From NCBI GenBank assembly GCA_017521245.1, contig JAFXDI010000001.1, positions 35,178 to 99,177 of the forward strand: a stretch of DNA of 64,000 nucleotides, written 5' to 3'. Within the stretch, counting starts at the first letter, position 1; every line of letters starts with the position of its first letter. Positions 18,666 through 27,103 of the stretch are shown in pieces. The translations under genes and the position numbers were made by a program. This stretch comes from Bacteroidales bacterium (GTDB lineage: Bacteria; Bacteroidota; Bacteroidia; Bacteroidales; G3-4614). The notes beneath the pieces are model-generated. The model saw only the letters and a list, made by a program, of their open reading frames with translations. It was not told the origin of the DNA and did not search any database.

Positions 18666-19991
18666 ATGATAAAGTTGTTGGATAAAATAGTAGAAATTAT
18701 ATACAAGCATTTGGGAGTATTCTTCTATTTAGTGATGGGGGTTGGAATGTTTTTTGGTCTTTTATCAGCAATGGCAGTCCCAAGTTGGTCATGGGGAGCA
18801 TTCTTTATGATTATACCATTAGTGCTGTATTATCGTTATAACGAACTGTATGAAAAAGGAATAAGTAGATATTTAACCAGAGCAATAACCATTTATGCAC
18901 TCTCGCTATATGTAACAGCATTTATAAATTATCAAATATTTATAGCGTTCGAGAAATTCACATACTTGACTATGCTCATATCGTCAATACCAATCTGGCT
19001 AAGTGCCTACAACTTGAATAGGGCAATAGATAGAGTAGAGGCAACACTAAAACATATTGAACTGCTAAAAACACTAAGATACGCAATGGTATTACCGTTA
19101 TTCTATATCCTTTTAGGAATAAAATTGTGGAGTTACGATGCAGGATTATATACCTTTATTCCGTACGCATTGGTAGTAGCATTTCTTATGCATAAAGGAA
19201 CAATACTATTTTCTAAAAAGAAATATGAAAATATAGAGGTAGATAAAACATCTGTTATGCAACGCCCTTACTCACCCACAAAAGCGTTGTTGATAGTATC
19301 TGTAATATGTATAGCAATACACTTTATATTTGAGTTAATACCCCAAGCCGGATTTGACTCAATGCTCCTGTTCGATTCATCATTCTTTAAAGTAGCACTA
19401 CCACTATGTATATTAGGAGTAGTGATAATATTTGTATATCCAAAAATGGAGTGTAAGATACTTCAAATAGATGACTCTGATGACAAATATGTAGCGTATA
19501 GCGGACGCTTTCTACTCCTATCATTGATAAACGGATTGATTGCAGCATTGGTAGGATTTGAAGATTCAAGAGCAAGCGCAGCAATACTCTGCTATATGCC
19601 AATAGTGCTAACTTACGGAGCGTGTCTATATACTTATAATACAAACCGTCGGGTAATGTATGTAATATTTATCTTTATGATGAATCTGTTAGCAGGATTT
19701 ATAGGTATAGCAGCAGTGTGGTTAGTCTTATTCCTTATATTACTTTTTATGTTCTTTGCAGGAGGATTGTCAATGATAATAGAAACTATATCAAATCCAT
19801 TTGGTAATGGAGTAGTAGCATCAAGTGATATAATCAAAGTATGGGATCCTGATTTAGGAAAAACCTTTGAATTGCAAAGGAATGGAACAGATTTGCATGA
19901 CCAACATGGTAATCCTTGGGAACCAACACTATCAGGAGGATATAAACCGCGAGGATCAGACAAAGCACCAATGTCGGGAAGAGAATTTTAG
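18666..19991 (+). CDS. polytopic membrane protein (about 10 TM helices) with soluble Gly/Pro/Asp-rich C-terminal tail; no recognisable domain
   Basis: 441-aa ORF, hydrophobic throughout. Tail sequence is NPFGNGVVASSDIIKVWDPDLGKTFELQRNGTDLHDQHGNPWEPTLSGGYKPRGSD. Confidence 0.55.
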   Translation: MIKLLDKIVEIIYKHLGVFFYLVMGVGMFFGLLSAMAVPSWSWGAFFMIIPLVLYYRYNELYEKGISRYLTRAITIYALSLYVTAFINYQIFIAFEKFTYLTMLISSIPIWLSAYNLNRAIDRVEATLKHIELLKTLRYAMVLPLFYILLGIKLWSYDAGLYTFIPYALVVAFLMHKGTILFSKKKYENIEVDKTSVMQRPYSPTKALLIVSVICIAIHFIFELIPQAGFDSMLLFDSSFFKVALPLCILGVVIIFVYPKMECKILQIDDSDDKYVAYSGRFLLLSLINGLIAALVGFEDSRASAAILCYMPIVLTYGACLYTYNTNRRVMYVIFIFMMNLLAGFIGIAAVWLVLFLILLFMFFAGGLSMIIETISNPFGNGVVASSDIIKVWDPDLGKTFELQRNGTDLHDQHGNPWEPTLSGGYKPRGSDKAPMSGREF

Positions 19992-20103
19992 AAATAATCA
20001 GTTAAGAGTATATAACTAATTGCTCTTTTTAAGAATTGATTACTATTTTAGGAAAAGCAATAACGAAAGGCCTCAAAAAATTGCATAATTAAAATAAAGT
20101 TAC

Positions 20104-20111
20104 TACCTTTG
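20104..20111 (+). promoter_or_regulatory. candidate -7 box (TACCTTTG) for tRNA-Arg
   Basis: TAnnTTTG match 37 nt upstream of the mature tRNA 5' end. Confidence 0.45.
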
Positions 20112-20148
20112 CGGTCGCAATACTGAAAGGTATAGCCATAATAAGGTC

Positions 20149-20225
20149 GGTCGGGTAGCTCAGCTGGATAGAGCAACAGCCTTCTAAGCTGTGGGTCCTG
20201 GGTTCGAATCCCAGCTCGATCACCA
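20149..20225 (+). tRNA. tRNA-Arg (anticodon TCT), CCA encoded
   Basis: Hand-folded cloverleaf. Acceptor stem GGTCGGG/CTCGATC (two G-U pairs). D-arm GCTC-AGCTGGATA-GAGC. Anticodon arm ACAGC-CTTCTAA-GCTGT. Variable loop GGGTC. T-arm CTGGG-TTCGAAT-CCCAG. Discriminator A followed by CCA. Total length 77 nt. Confidence 0.9.
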
Positions 20226-20227
20226 TA

Positions 20228-20257
20228 AAGCGACAAGAAACCTTGTCGCTTTTTTTA
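20228..20257 (+). terminator. rho-independent terminator after tRNA-Arg
   Basis: AAGCGACAAG-aaac-CTTGTCGCTT followed by T7. Confidence 0.8.
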
Positions 20258-20298
20258 TAAGCAATAAACATTTTGCTAATATATTAAAACAAAAATAT

Positions 20299-20850
20299 AT
20301 GGACTACGAATTTTTAAACAGTTTTGAGACATCTCTACAAAATAACCTTTTGAAAATATCTACAACAAATGGTATGCTATCAGGAACACTGCTTGAGAGT
20401 GCCGATATAGAACAACGTTGGCACGATTTTGCACCCGAATATATGGCAGATGCTGTTAAGGAGATAGCACAATACCCAACAGTAGCATTAGTTTGGGCAG
20501 CTTATTTAGGTATGGGAGTAGCAAATATGTGGCATACCGATTGGGAAAAGTGTAACAAGATGACTTATCCAGAATTTTATGGCTCTCGTGGATTTGATGA
20601 TATGGATGATAATATCCTTTTTAATATTATGGGAGTACCTCAAGCAAGTGCAGAAGCAGATCGCATCAAAGATATTATGCGTATAGTAGGAGACTACACA
20701 CTATCGCAAATACAACACAGTGGAATAGAGCCTCAATCAATAATGGCATTTCATACATTCTCTCGTGCCTGTAAAGTACTCTTCCGCATAGGTGCTGCAA
20801 TTGAACTCAATCGACTCGGCTATGAGTACAAAGCAGTAACTCTTAATTAA
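20299..20850 (+). CDS. hypothetical cytoplasmic protein (183 aa)
   Basis: The ORF-track entry 20191..20850 is trimmed to the in-frame ATG at 20299 (MDYEFLNSF...), because its first 36 codons overlap the tRNA and its terminator. I recognise no motif. Confidence 0.5.
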   Translation: MDYEFLNSFETSLQNNLLKISTTNGMLSGTLLESADIEQRWHDFAPEYMADAVKEIAQYPTVALVWAAYLGMGVANMWHTDWEKCNKMTYPEFYGSRGFDDMDDNILFNIMGVPQASAEADRIKDIMRIVGDYTLSQIQHSGIEPQSIMAFHTFSRACKVLFRIGAAIELNRLGYEYKAVTLN

Positions 20851-20884
20851 GTTGCACCCTCTCTAAATAATTAGTTACTACTAT

Positions 20885-20919
20885 AAAAAAACAACCCCCA
20901 AATTTGGGGGTTGTTTTTT
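20885..20919. terminator. bidirectional terminator between convergent genes
   Basis: aaaaaACAACCCCCA-aatt-TGGGGGTTGTttttt, a perfect GC-rich stem with A and T flanks. Confidence 0.8.
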
Positions 20920-20937
20920 ATTATCTAATAACTTCTA

Positions 20938-22461
20938 TTAAATAATTCCGAATGATCCAAGAATGATAAGCATTGTGTATCCTAAGATTAATCCTATAAC
21001 ACCCATTATAATGCCAGTCTTAACCATATCTTTTTGCTCAATCATTCCAGTTGCGTGAGCCAATGCGTTAGGAGGCGTACTAATTGGTAATATCATAGCT
21101 AACGATGCTGCTATTGCAATACCTATTAATAGTGCCGAAACACCACCAAGAGGAGCAAGAGCGCTACCCATACCTTTTCCAATAACTGCCAAAATTGGAA
21201 CCAACAATGCTGCAGTTGCAGTATTTGAGATGAAGTTTGATAGTAGGTAGCAGATTAATCCTGAGCCAATGATTACCAACAATGGAGCCCATGAATCAAA
21301 AGGAATAGAGTTTATCATGTGAGCAGCCAATCCACTTTCGTTAAGCGCAACACCAAGAGCAAAACCTCCTGCAACCATCCAAAGAACACTCCAGTTGATT
21401 TCTGATAGGTCGTTACGAGTAATAATACCAGTTGCACAGAAAACTCCAACAGGAATCATTGCTACAACGTTTGCATTCAATCCAGTTACTTTATCAGTCA
21501 TCCACAATAAGATTGTAACAATGAATGTAATTTTTACAAGAGTTGAACGCCAATCTTTTTTGTTCTCACCTTTAATATCAAGCTCAATAGTTTTAGCCTT
21601 GAATGGGAACATCTTAACCAAGATAAACCAACCAATGAAGATTAAAAGAAGAGTGAAGGGTAGCATAAACATCATCCAGTCACCAAAACCAATGTTTAAT
21701 CCTAAACCTCCATCCTCAATTGAAGTGTTTAAGGCTTTAAGAGCGATAGCATTTGGAGGAGTTCCAATAGGAGTTCCAATACCACCAATGTTAGCAGCAA
21801 CAGGTATAGCCATAGCCAATGCAATTTTACCTTTACCATCAGCAGGAAGAGCTTTCAATACAGGAGTAAGGAAAGTAAGCATCATAGCGGCAGTAGCAGT
21901 GTTACTCAAGAACATTGAGAATATTGCTGTTACCAACAAGAAACCAAGAAGAACAAATTTTGATTGAGTTCCAAAAGGTTTAAGTAATGCTTTTGCCAAT
22001 ACAGAGTCCAAACCGCTCTTAGTTGCTGCAATAGCCAATACAAATCCACCAATAAATAGCATAATGATTGGGTCAGCAAAACATGCCATCAACGATTTGT
22101 ATTTGATTGTTTTCCCAATTACTGCTGCATCCCCTCCTTCGGTAAGGAAATCTAATCCTCCGTCAGAGCAAGTTACAAGCAATAATACAACAACCATCAT
22201 AGATGTAGCCCAAGAGGGAATAGCCTCTAAAATCCACATCAACACTGCAAATGCAAAAATAGCAATAACTCGTTGCTCAATTGCTGTTAAATTCTCGATA
22301 CCAAAACTGTCAGAAGGCAAGAACCATAAGATAAGAGAAACAGCAACAACAAACAAAATCTTGATAAGTTTGGCGTTGTTGCTTTTTTTGTTATCCTTTT
22401 TTGCCTTTTTAGCCTTTTGGTATTTGTCAATAAGATCAAATCCTTTAAAACTTGTAAACAT
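20938..22461 (-). CDS. SLC13/DASS-family anion:sodium symporter (di/tricarboxylate or sulfate type)
   Basis: 507 aa, more than 12 TM segments. Duplicated hairpin motifs SNTATAAMM and SNTATAALL plus PPNA repeats (GTPPNAIAL, STPPNALAH), characteristic of DASS transporters. Confidence 0.8.
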   Translation of the reverse strand: MFTSFKGFDLIDKYQKAKKAKKDNKKSNNAKLIKILFVVAVSLILWFLPSDSFGIENLTAIEQRVIAIFAFAVLMWILEAIPSWATSMMVVVLLLVTCSDGGLDFLTEGGDAAVIGKTIKYKSLMACFADPIIMLFIGGFVLAIAATKSGLDSVLAKALLKPFGTQSKFVLLGFLLVTAIFSMFLSNTATAAMMLTFLTPVLKALPADGKGKIALAMAIPVAANIGGIGTPIGTPPNAIALKALNTSIEDGGLGLNIGFGDWMMFMLPFTLLLIFIGWFILVKMFPFKAKTIELDIKGENKKDWRSTLVKITFIVTILLWMTDKVTGLNANVVAMIPVGVFCATGIITRNDLSEINWSVLWMVAGGFALGVALNESGLAAHMINSIPFDSWAPLLVIIGSGLICYLLSNFISNTATAALLVPILAVIGKGMGSALAPLGGVSALLIGIAIAASLAMILPISTPPNALAHATGMIEQKDMVKTGIIMGVIGLILGYTMLIILGSFGII

Positions 22462-22560
22462 AATTATATAATTTAATAAATAGTAATTTGCTTAAAAAAT
22501 GTAACTATTTAGCCTAAAACTCTTTCAAAAGAGTAGTATTAATAAGATATGTTATAACGC

Positions 22561-22597
22561 TAAAAAATCCGCACTTTGTTTTCTCGTGCGGATTTCT
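22561..22597 (-). terminator. rho-independent terminator of glyA
   Basis: The minus strand reads AATCCGCAC-gagaaaacaaa-GTGCGGATT followed by TTTTTT. Confidence 0.75.
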
Positions 22598-22616
22598 TTA
22601 GTAGTCATACTCTATA

Positions 22617-23897
22617 TTAGTAAGCGAATAGAGGGTAATCTTTCATTGTTTTGTTTACCTCTTCTCTAACGGCTTTAATAACCGCTTCGCTTTCGGGGTT
22701 AGCCAATACTTGGTCAATAAGGTCAACAATCTTAACCATTAAGTCCTCTTTAGCACCGCGAGTAGTAATAGCAGGAGTTCCTACGCGAATACCCGAAGTC
22801 TGGAATGGAGAACGGCTGTCGAAAGGTACCATATTTTTGTTTACTGTAATATCTGCAGCAACAAGAACTTTCTCTGCAACTTTACCTGTAAGTTCAGGGA
22901 ATTTAGTACGAAGGTCAATCAACATACAGTGGTTGTCTGTTCCGCCCGAAATAATTTTGTATCCTTTCTCAACAAAAGCGTTGGCCATACAAGCAGCATT
23001 CTTTTTAACTTGAGTTTGGTACTCTTTGTATGAAGGAGTAAGAGCCTCGCCAAATGCTACTGCTTTTGCTGCAATAACATGCTCAAGAGGACCACCTTGT
23101 ACTCCGGGGAATACCGCAGAGTCTAACAACGATGACATTTTGCGAATCTCACCTTTAGGAGTTGTTTTGCCCCATGGGTTGTCAAAATCTTTTCCTAACA
23201 AGATGATACCGCCGCGAGGTCCGCGAAGTGTTTTGTGAGTTGTTGAAGTTACAATGTGAGCATATTTAAGAGGGTTCTCTAATAAGCCGGCAGCAATAAG
23301 ACCAGCAGGGTGAGCCATATCAACCATAAATATAGCTCCAATCTTATCTGCTATCTCACGCATACGAGCGTAATCCCATTCGCGAGAGTAAGCCGAAGCA
23401 CCTCCAATAAGCAATTTTGGACGTTCGCGAAGAGCAACCTCCTCCATCATATCATAATCAACATATCCGGTATCCTCTTTAACACCATACTCCAATGCTT
23501 GGAATACAAGTCCTGAGAAGTTTACTGGAGAACCATGTGAAAGGTGTCCACCATGAGAAAGGTTTAAACCTAAGAATTTGTCTCCGGGATTCATACATGC
23601 CATAAATACAGCCATGTTTGCTTGAGCTCCTGAGTGTGGTTGAACGTTTGCCCATTCAGCACCATAAAGTTGTTTAATTCTGTCAATAGCAAGTTGCTCC
23701 GATTCATCTACAACCTCGCAACCACCGTAGTATCTTTTTCCGGGATAACCTTCGGCGTATTTGTTAGTAAGGCATGAACCCATAGCCTCCATTACTTGCT
23801 CGCTAACGAAGTTTTCCGAAGCAATAAGTTCGATACCCTTCATTTGGCGTTCTCTCTCTCTCTTGATAATGTCAAAGATTTTGTTATCTCTTTCCAT
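22617..23897 (-). CDS. glyA: serine hydroxymethyltransferase
   Basis: [28 protein letters not shown] and the PLP-lysine block [15 protein letters not shown]. Length 426 aa. Confidence 0.95.
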   Translation of the reverse strand: MERDNKIFDIIKRERERQMKGIELIASENFVSEQVMEAMGSCLTNKYAEGYPGKRYYGGCEVVDESEQLAIDRIKQLYGAEWANVQPHSGAQANMAVFMACMNPGDKFLGLNLSHGGHLSHGSPVNFSGLVFQALEYGVKEDTGYVDYDMMEEVALRERPKLLIGGASAYSREWDYARMREIADKIGAIFMVDMAHPAGLIAAGLLENPLKYAHIVTSTTHKTLRGPRGGIILLGKDFDNPWGKTTPKGEIRKMSSLLDSAVFPGVQGGPLEHVIAAKAVAFGEALTPSYKEYQTQVKKNAACMANAFVEKGYKIISGGTDNHCMLIDLRTKFPELTGKVAEKVLVAADITVNKNMVPFDSRSPFQTSGIRVGTPAITTRGAKEDLMVKIVDLIDQVLANPESEAVIKAVREEVNKTMKDYPLFAY

Positions 23898-23970
23898 AAA
23901 ATATGATATGTTTTTAAAAAAAATCTGTTTTATTCAACATCCCCAAAACAGTAGGGATTGAAATGAGTTG

Positions 23971-23978
23971 CAAAGTTA
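23971..23978 (-). promoter_or_regulatory. candidate -7 box (TAACTTTG) for glyA
   Basis: The plus strand reads caaagtta, 74 nt upstream of the glyA ATG. Confidence 0.45.
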
Positions 23979-23994
23979 CTCAATAAGTTACTAC

Positions 23995-24705
23995 TTACAA
24001 AATAACTCCTAAAGAAAAACTCAACAAATTTATACTTCTTTTAGCATAAAATGTACCTTCCGAAATCAAAACACTATTTTCGTATAATGAGAATGTTCCA
24101 GGTTTGTTGTGTTCGGTTATTCCAAATTCATATCTAAAGTCAATTAGAACTCTCGAAATTTTTGTTCCCATACCAATAATTACACATGCGGTAATAGGGT
24201 TTATATCTTCGTTAAGATTGAATGTTATATTCTCTGGGTTATTTATATCCTCTTTGTTTAAGTAAGTATATCTTAATTTAGGACCAACAAATAAAGATAA
24301 CTCATATTTATCGCGTTTAATAAAGTTGTATCCATATATGAGTGGAATGTCAAGGGTAAGTGCAAAATTCTTTGAATCAATATTTAGGTTACTTGAATAC
24401 CCAAACTCTTTAATATCCATAGTAACAACATCTCTTATAACCGAAGTTCCTGCCTCTAATTGTAAATAGTGATTTTTTAAATTAACCCTGCCGAATAGCG
24501 ATATACTACCAGCCATTTTAGTTTCGTTTGAAGGTTTGCTTACCACTATGTTGTTGACTAAAGTTTTTCTGTCGTGTACAAAAGGAGCATTTGCCGATAG
24601 AGAAACACCATAGTTAAACTTTTTGCTATCCTTTGTCTTTTTCTCTTGAGCAAAGGTTTGAGGTAATGCTATAAAAAGCGATATTATAATTAAAATAATT
24701 CTCAT
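23995..24705 (-). CDS. small outer-membrane beta-barrel protein (porin-family/PorT-like), function unknown
   Basis: I take the start at MRIILIIISLFIALPQTFAQ (ATG at 24703-24705). It overlaps the upstream TGA as ATGA. Alternating beta-strand pattern, ending ...LLSFSLGVIL. Confidence 0.55.
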   Translation of the reverse strand: MRIILIIISLFIALPQTFAQEKKTKDSKKFNYGVSLSANAPFVHDRKTLVNNIVVSKPSNETKMAGSISLFGRVNLKNHYLQLEAGTSVIRDVVTMDIKEFGYSSNLNIDSKNFALTLDIPLIYGYNFIKRDKYELSLFVGPKLRYTYLNKEDINNPENITFNLNEDINPITACVIIGMGTKISRVLIDFRYEFGITEHNKPGTFSLYENSVLISEGTFYAKRSINLLSFSLGVIL

Positions 24706-25277
24706 TTTTTCTTCTTTTTTTTCATTACCGACCAACCAAATTTACCAATCTCTTTACCCAATCCGTAGTAGTGGCCATGTGAGTATGCTAAAAGATTAGC
24801 CTTCTCTAACTCAAACTTTTCGTTTTCTGGGTTCAGATATTTATCATCAGCCAATACTTGAATAACTTTGGCAATAAACATATCGTGTGAGCCTAATTTT
24901 ATAATTTGCTCCACTTTACACTCAATACATAAAGGCGATTCTTTAATGTAGGGAGCATCAACAACTTCCGAAGCGATAGGCGTAAAACCGGTAAGAGACC
25001 ATTTATCGCAATCTTTACCACTCTTAACACCGCATAAATCAACAGCCTTTGCCATTGCTTCAGTAGTGAGGTTTATGACAAAGGCTCTGTTTTTTTCAAT
25101 GATAGGGTATGAGTGTCGTTCGGGACGAACAGATATGTAGCACATTGCGGGATTGGTGCATATTGTACCTACCCATGCAACCGTAAGCATATTGTACTCC
25201 TCAGGAGAACTACCGCAACTTACAAGAGCTGCCGGTAAAGGATATATCATTGTTCCGGGTTTCCAAGCAACGTGCAT
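24702..25277 (-). CDS. flavin reductase-like (flavoredoxin family) FMN-binding protein
   Basis: MIYPLPAALVSCG...NMLTVAWVGTICTNP... matches the flavin_reduct domain pattern. The C-terminus ends MKKKKKK. Confidence 0.72.
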   Translation of the reverse strand: MHVAWKPGTMIYPLPAALVSCGSSPEEYNMLTVAWVGTICTNPAMCYISVRPERHSYPIIEKNRAFVINLTTEAMAKAVDLCGVKSGKDCDKWSLTGFTPIASEVVDAPYIKESPLCIECKVEQIIKLGSHDMFIAKVIQVLADDKYLNPENEKFELEKANLLAYSHGHYYGLGKEIGKFGWSVMKKKKKK

Positions 25278-25316
25278 CTTTATTTAAATAAGGAATGAGG
25301 AATTATTAATACTTTA

Positions 25317-25424
25317 CTAACAACTAACAAATCTGCGGTTAAGCGAGGGCAAAATAAGTTTACTTAAACTTTGCCGAGCGTGAGCAGATTCAACGAACGT
25401 ATGTTCGTTAACTAACAACTGACA
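25317..25424. repeat. 3'-flank element, copy b (expanded form with nested imperfect hairpins)
   Basis: CTAACAACTAACAA at 25317-25330 and TAACTAACAACTGACA at 25409-25424 flank three hairpin pairs. These are AATCTGC (25330-36) with GCAGATT (25384-90), GGCAAA with TTTGCC, and AACGAAC-gtat-GTTCGTT (25392-25409). The element abuts the pyrI stop codon. Confidence 0.6.
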
Positions 25425-25429
25425 GCAGA

Positions 25430-25891
25430 TTATGCAAGTTTGATATCCTCAAAAGTTACAACCTGTTCGCAATATTTACATTTAACCCTAATGTTTTCTT
25501 TGTCTTGAATATAAAAAACAGTGTGCATAGGCTCGTTGTTTGTTATGCACTTAGGATTGTTGCATTTAATAATATCTCTCAATTCATCAGGAAGTTCAAC
25601 CTTATACTTCTCAGTAACTTCGTAATTTCTAATTATATTGATTTTTGCCTTAGGGGCAACAATCGCAATTCTGTTAATATCTTCCTCTTTAAAAAAGTAG
25701 TCTGCAATTTTAATAATACCCTTCTTGCCAATCTGTTTGCTTGTAAAGTTATTGCCAATAGTAATAGCTTTATCTAACTCTGAAAGGTTAAGAATTTCAA
25801 CAACTTTAAAAAGTTTATCTGAAGGAATATGATCAATAACAGTTCCGTTTTCTAAAGCGGCAACCTTCAACTCTTTTTTCAATTCAGTCAT
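25430..25891 (-). CDS. pyrI: aspartate carbamoyltransferase regulatory subunit
   Basis: 153 aa. Contains GTVIDHI and the C-terminal zinc cluster CNNPKCITN...CKYCE. Confidence 0.9.
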   Translation of the reverse strand: MTELKKELKVAALENGTVIDHIPSDKLFKVVEILNLSELDKAITIGNNFTSKQIGKKGIIKIADYFFKEEDINRIAIVAPKAKINIIRNYEVTEKYKVELPDELRDIIKCNNPKCITNNEPMHTVFYIQDKENIRVKCKYCEQVVTFEDIKLA

Positions 25892-25896
25892 AGCAA

Positions 25897-26811
25897 TTAA
25901 ATTTTAATACCCAATACTTTACAAATTATAGCCTGACGTGCATATACTCCGTTTTTAGCTTGTTGAAAGTAGTATGCTTTTGGATTGTTGTCAACGTCGT
26001 ATGCAATCTCGTTCACGCGTGGAAGTGGGTGAAGAATTCTCAAATTTTCTTTTGAGTTATCCAACATACTGTTCTTAAGAACATATACATCTTTAACCTT
26101 CTCATAAACCATAAGGTCGGTAAAGCGTTCGCGTTGAACACGAGTCATATATAGTATGTCGGCATTATTTATAACCTCTTGCGAGAACTCAGTATGCTCA
26201 TAATACTTTATGCCTTTTGACTCGCAGAATTTTTTGTAGTCATCGGGTATTTTAAGTTCATCGGGAGCAACAAAGTGGAATGTCGGATTAAAGTGTGACA
26301 TTGCCATAATTAGTGAGTGTACGGTGCGGCCATATTTCAAGTCTCCCACCATAGTAATATTCAAACCTTCTAACGTTCCTTGAGTTTTGTAGATAGAGTA
26401 GAGGTCGAGCATTGTTTGAGATGGGTGTTGATTAGCACCATCACCTGCGTTGATTATAGGTTTGTCCGAAACCTCAGAGGCGTACCTCGCTGCGCCATCC
26501 AAATAGTGACGCATAATAATTAAATCAACATAGTTGCTGACCATCTTAATAGTATCGTTCAATGTTTCGCCTTTAGTAGAACTTGTAGTAGAGGCATCGG
26601 AAAAACCAATAATTCTACCTCCCAGACGAGTTACTGCAGTTTCAAAACTCAAACGTGTTCTTGTTGAAGGCTCAAAAAACAGAGTGGCAACAACTTTTCC
26701 TTCCAAAATCTTTTGATTGGGATTCTCTTCAAAATGTCTTGCACTCTCCAATACCTCTAAAATCTCCTCTTTGGAGTAGTCGGTAATAGAGACCAAACTC
26801 TCACTTTTCAT
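25897..26811 (-). CDS. pyrB: aspartate carbamoyltransferase catalytic subunit
   Basis: [13 protein letters not shown] and HPLPRV motifs. Length 304 aa. Confidence 0.93.
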   Translation of the reverse strand: MKSESLVSITDYSKEEILEVLESARHFEENPNQKILEGKVVATLFFEPSTRTRLSFETAVTRLGGRIIGFSDASTTSSTKGETLNDTIKMVSNYVDLIIMRHYLDGAARYASEVSDKPIINAGDGANQHPSQTMLDLYSIYKTQGTLEGLNITMVGDLKYGRTVHSLIMAMSHFNPTFHFVAPDELKIPDDYKKFCESKGIKYYEHTEFSQEVINNADILYMTRVQRERFTDLMVYEKVKDVYVLKNSMLDNSKENLRILHPLPRVNEIAYDVDNNPKAYYFQQAKNGVYARQAIICKVLGIKI

Positions 26812-26931
26812 AAAAGAAGCAATGTAAAAAATTAAATCGTTAATAATGAGTGTGTTGCAAAATGTTACAGATACACAACATTCCTCATTACAAAACTATA
26901 AAAAAAAACAGACTTATTGTAACATCCTTAA

Positions 26932-26939
26932 CAAAAATA
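26932..26939 (-). promoter_or_regulatory. candidate -7 box (TATTTTTG) for pyrBI, followed by a T9 run and a leader hairpin
   Basis: The plus strand reads caaaaata. Downstream on the minus strand there is a T9 run (26900-26908) and an imperfect hairpin at 26845-26889. Confidence 0.4.
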
Positions 26940-27023
26940 TTAAAATGAGATATAAAAAATTTTTTCTTGTAAATAAAAGGTCAGTTTTAAACAATATTGA
27001 CACCTTCAACTAAAAAAAAAGAT

Positions 27024-27031
27024 TATCTTTG
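27024..27031 (+). promoter_or_regulatory. candidate -7 box (TATCTTTG) for the PBP1A gene
   Basis: Exact TAnnTTTG match 73 nt upstream of the ATG at 27104. Confidence 0.45.
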
Positions 27032-27103
27032 CGAAATATAAACTACTGCGAACATAGACGCTATGTTTGTCTCCAATAGGATAATCCTAAAACAGATTTA
27101 GAA

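Noticed and set aside
20048-20271. Two minus-strand ORFs (62 and 60 aa) across the tRNA locus
   Set aside because: They are antisense to a well-folding tRNA-Arg and its promoter and terminator, so they are ORF-finder artefacts.
20191-20298. The N-terminal 36 codons of ORF 20191..20850
   Set aside because: They overlap the 3' half of tRNA-Arg and its terminator hairpin. An in-frame ATG at 20299, downstream of the terminator, is the plausible start.
20149-20850. A possible genomic island integrated at tRNA-Arg
   Set aside because: No integrase is present. I could find no repeat of the tRNA 3' end downstream. The only adjacent gene is a single 183-aa hypothetical protein, followed by core genes.
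21395-21967. A 190-aa plus-strand ORF inside the DASS transporter gene
   Set aside because: It is fully antisense to a transporter gene with strong family motifs. Its Pro/Ile/Ala-rich translation is typical of a shadow ORF. The same reasoning applies to 22064..22471.
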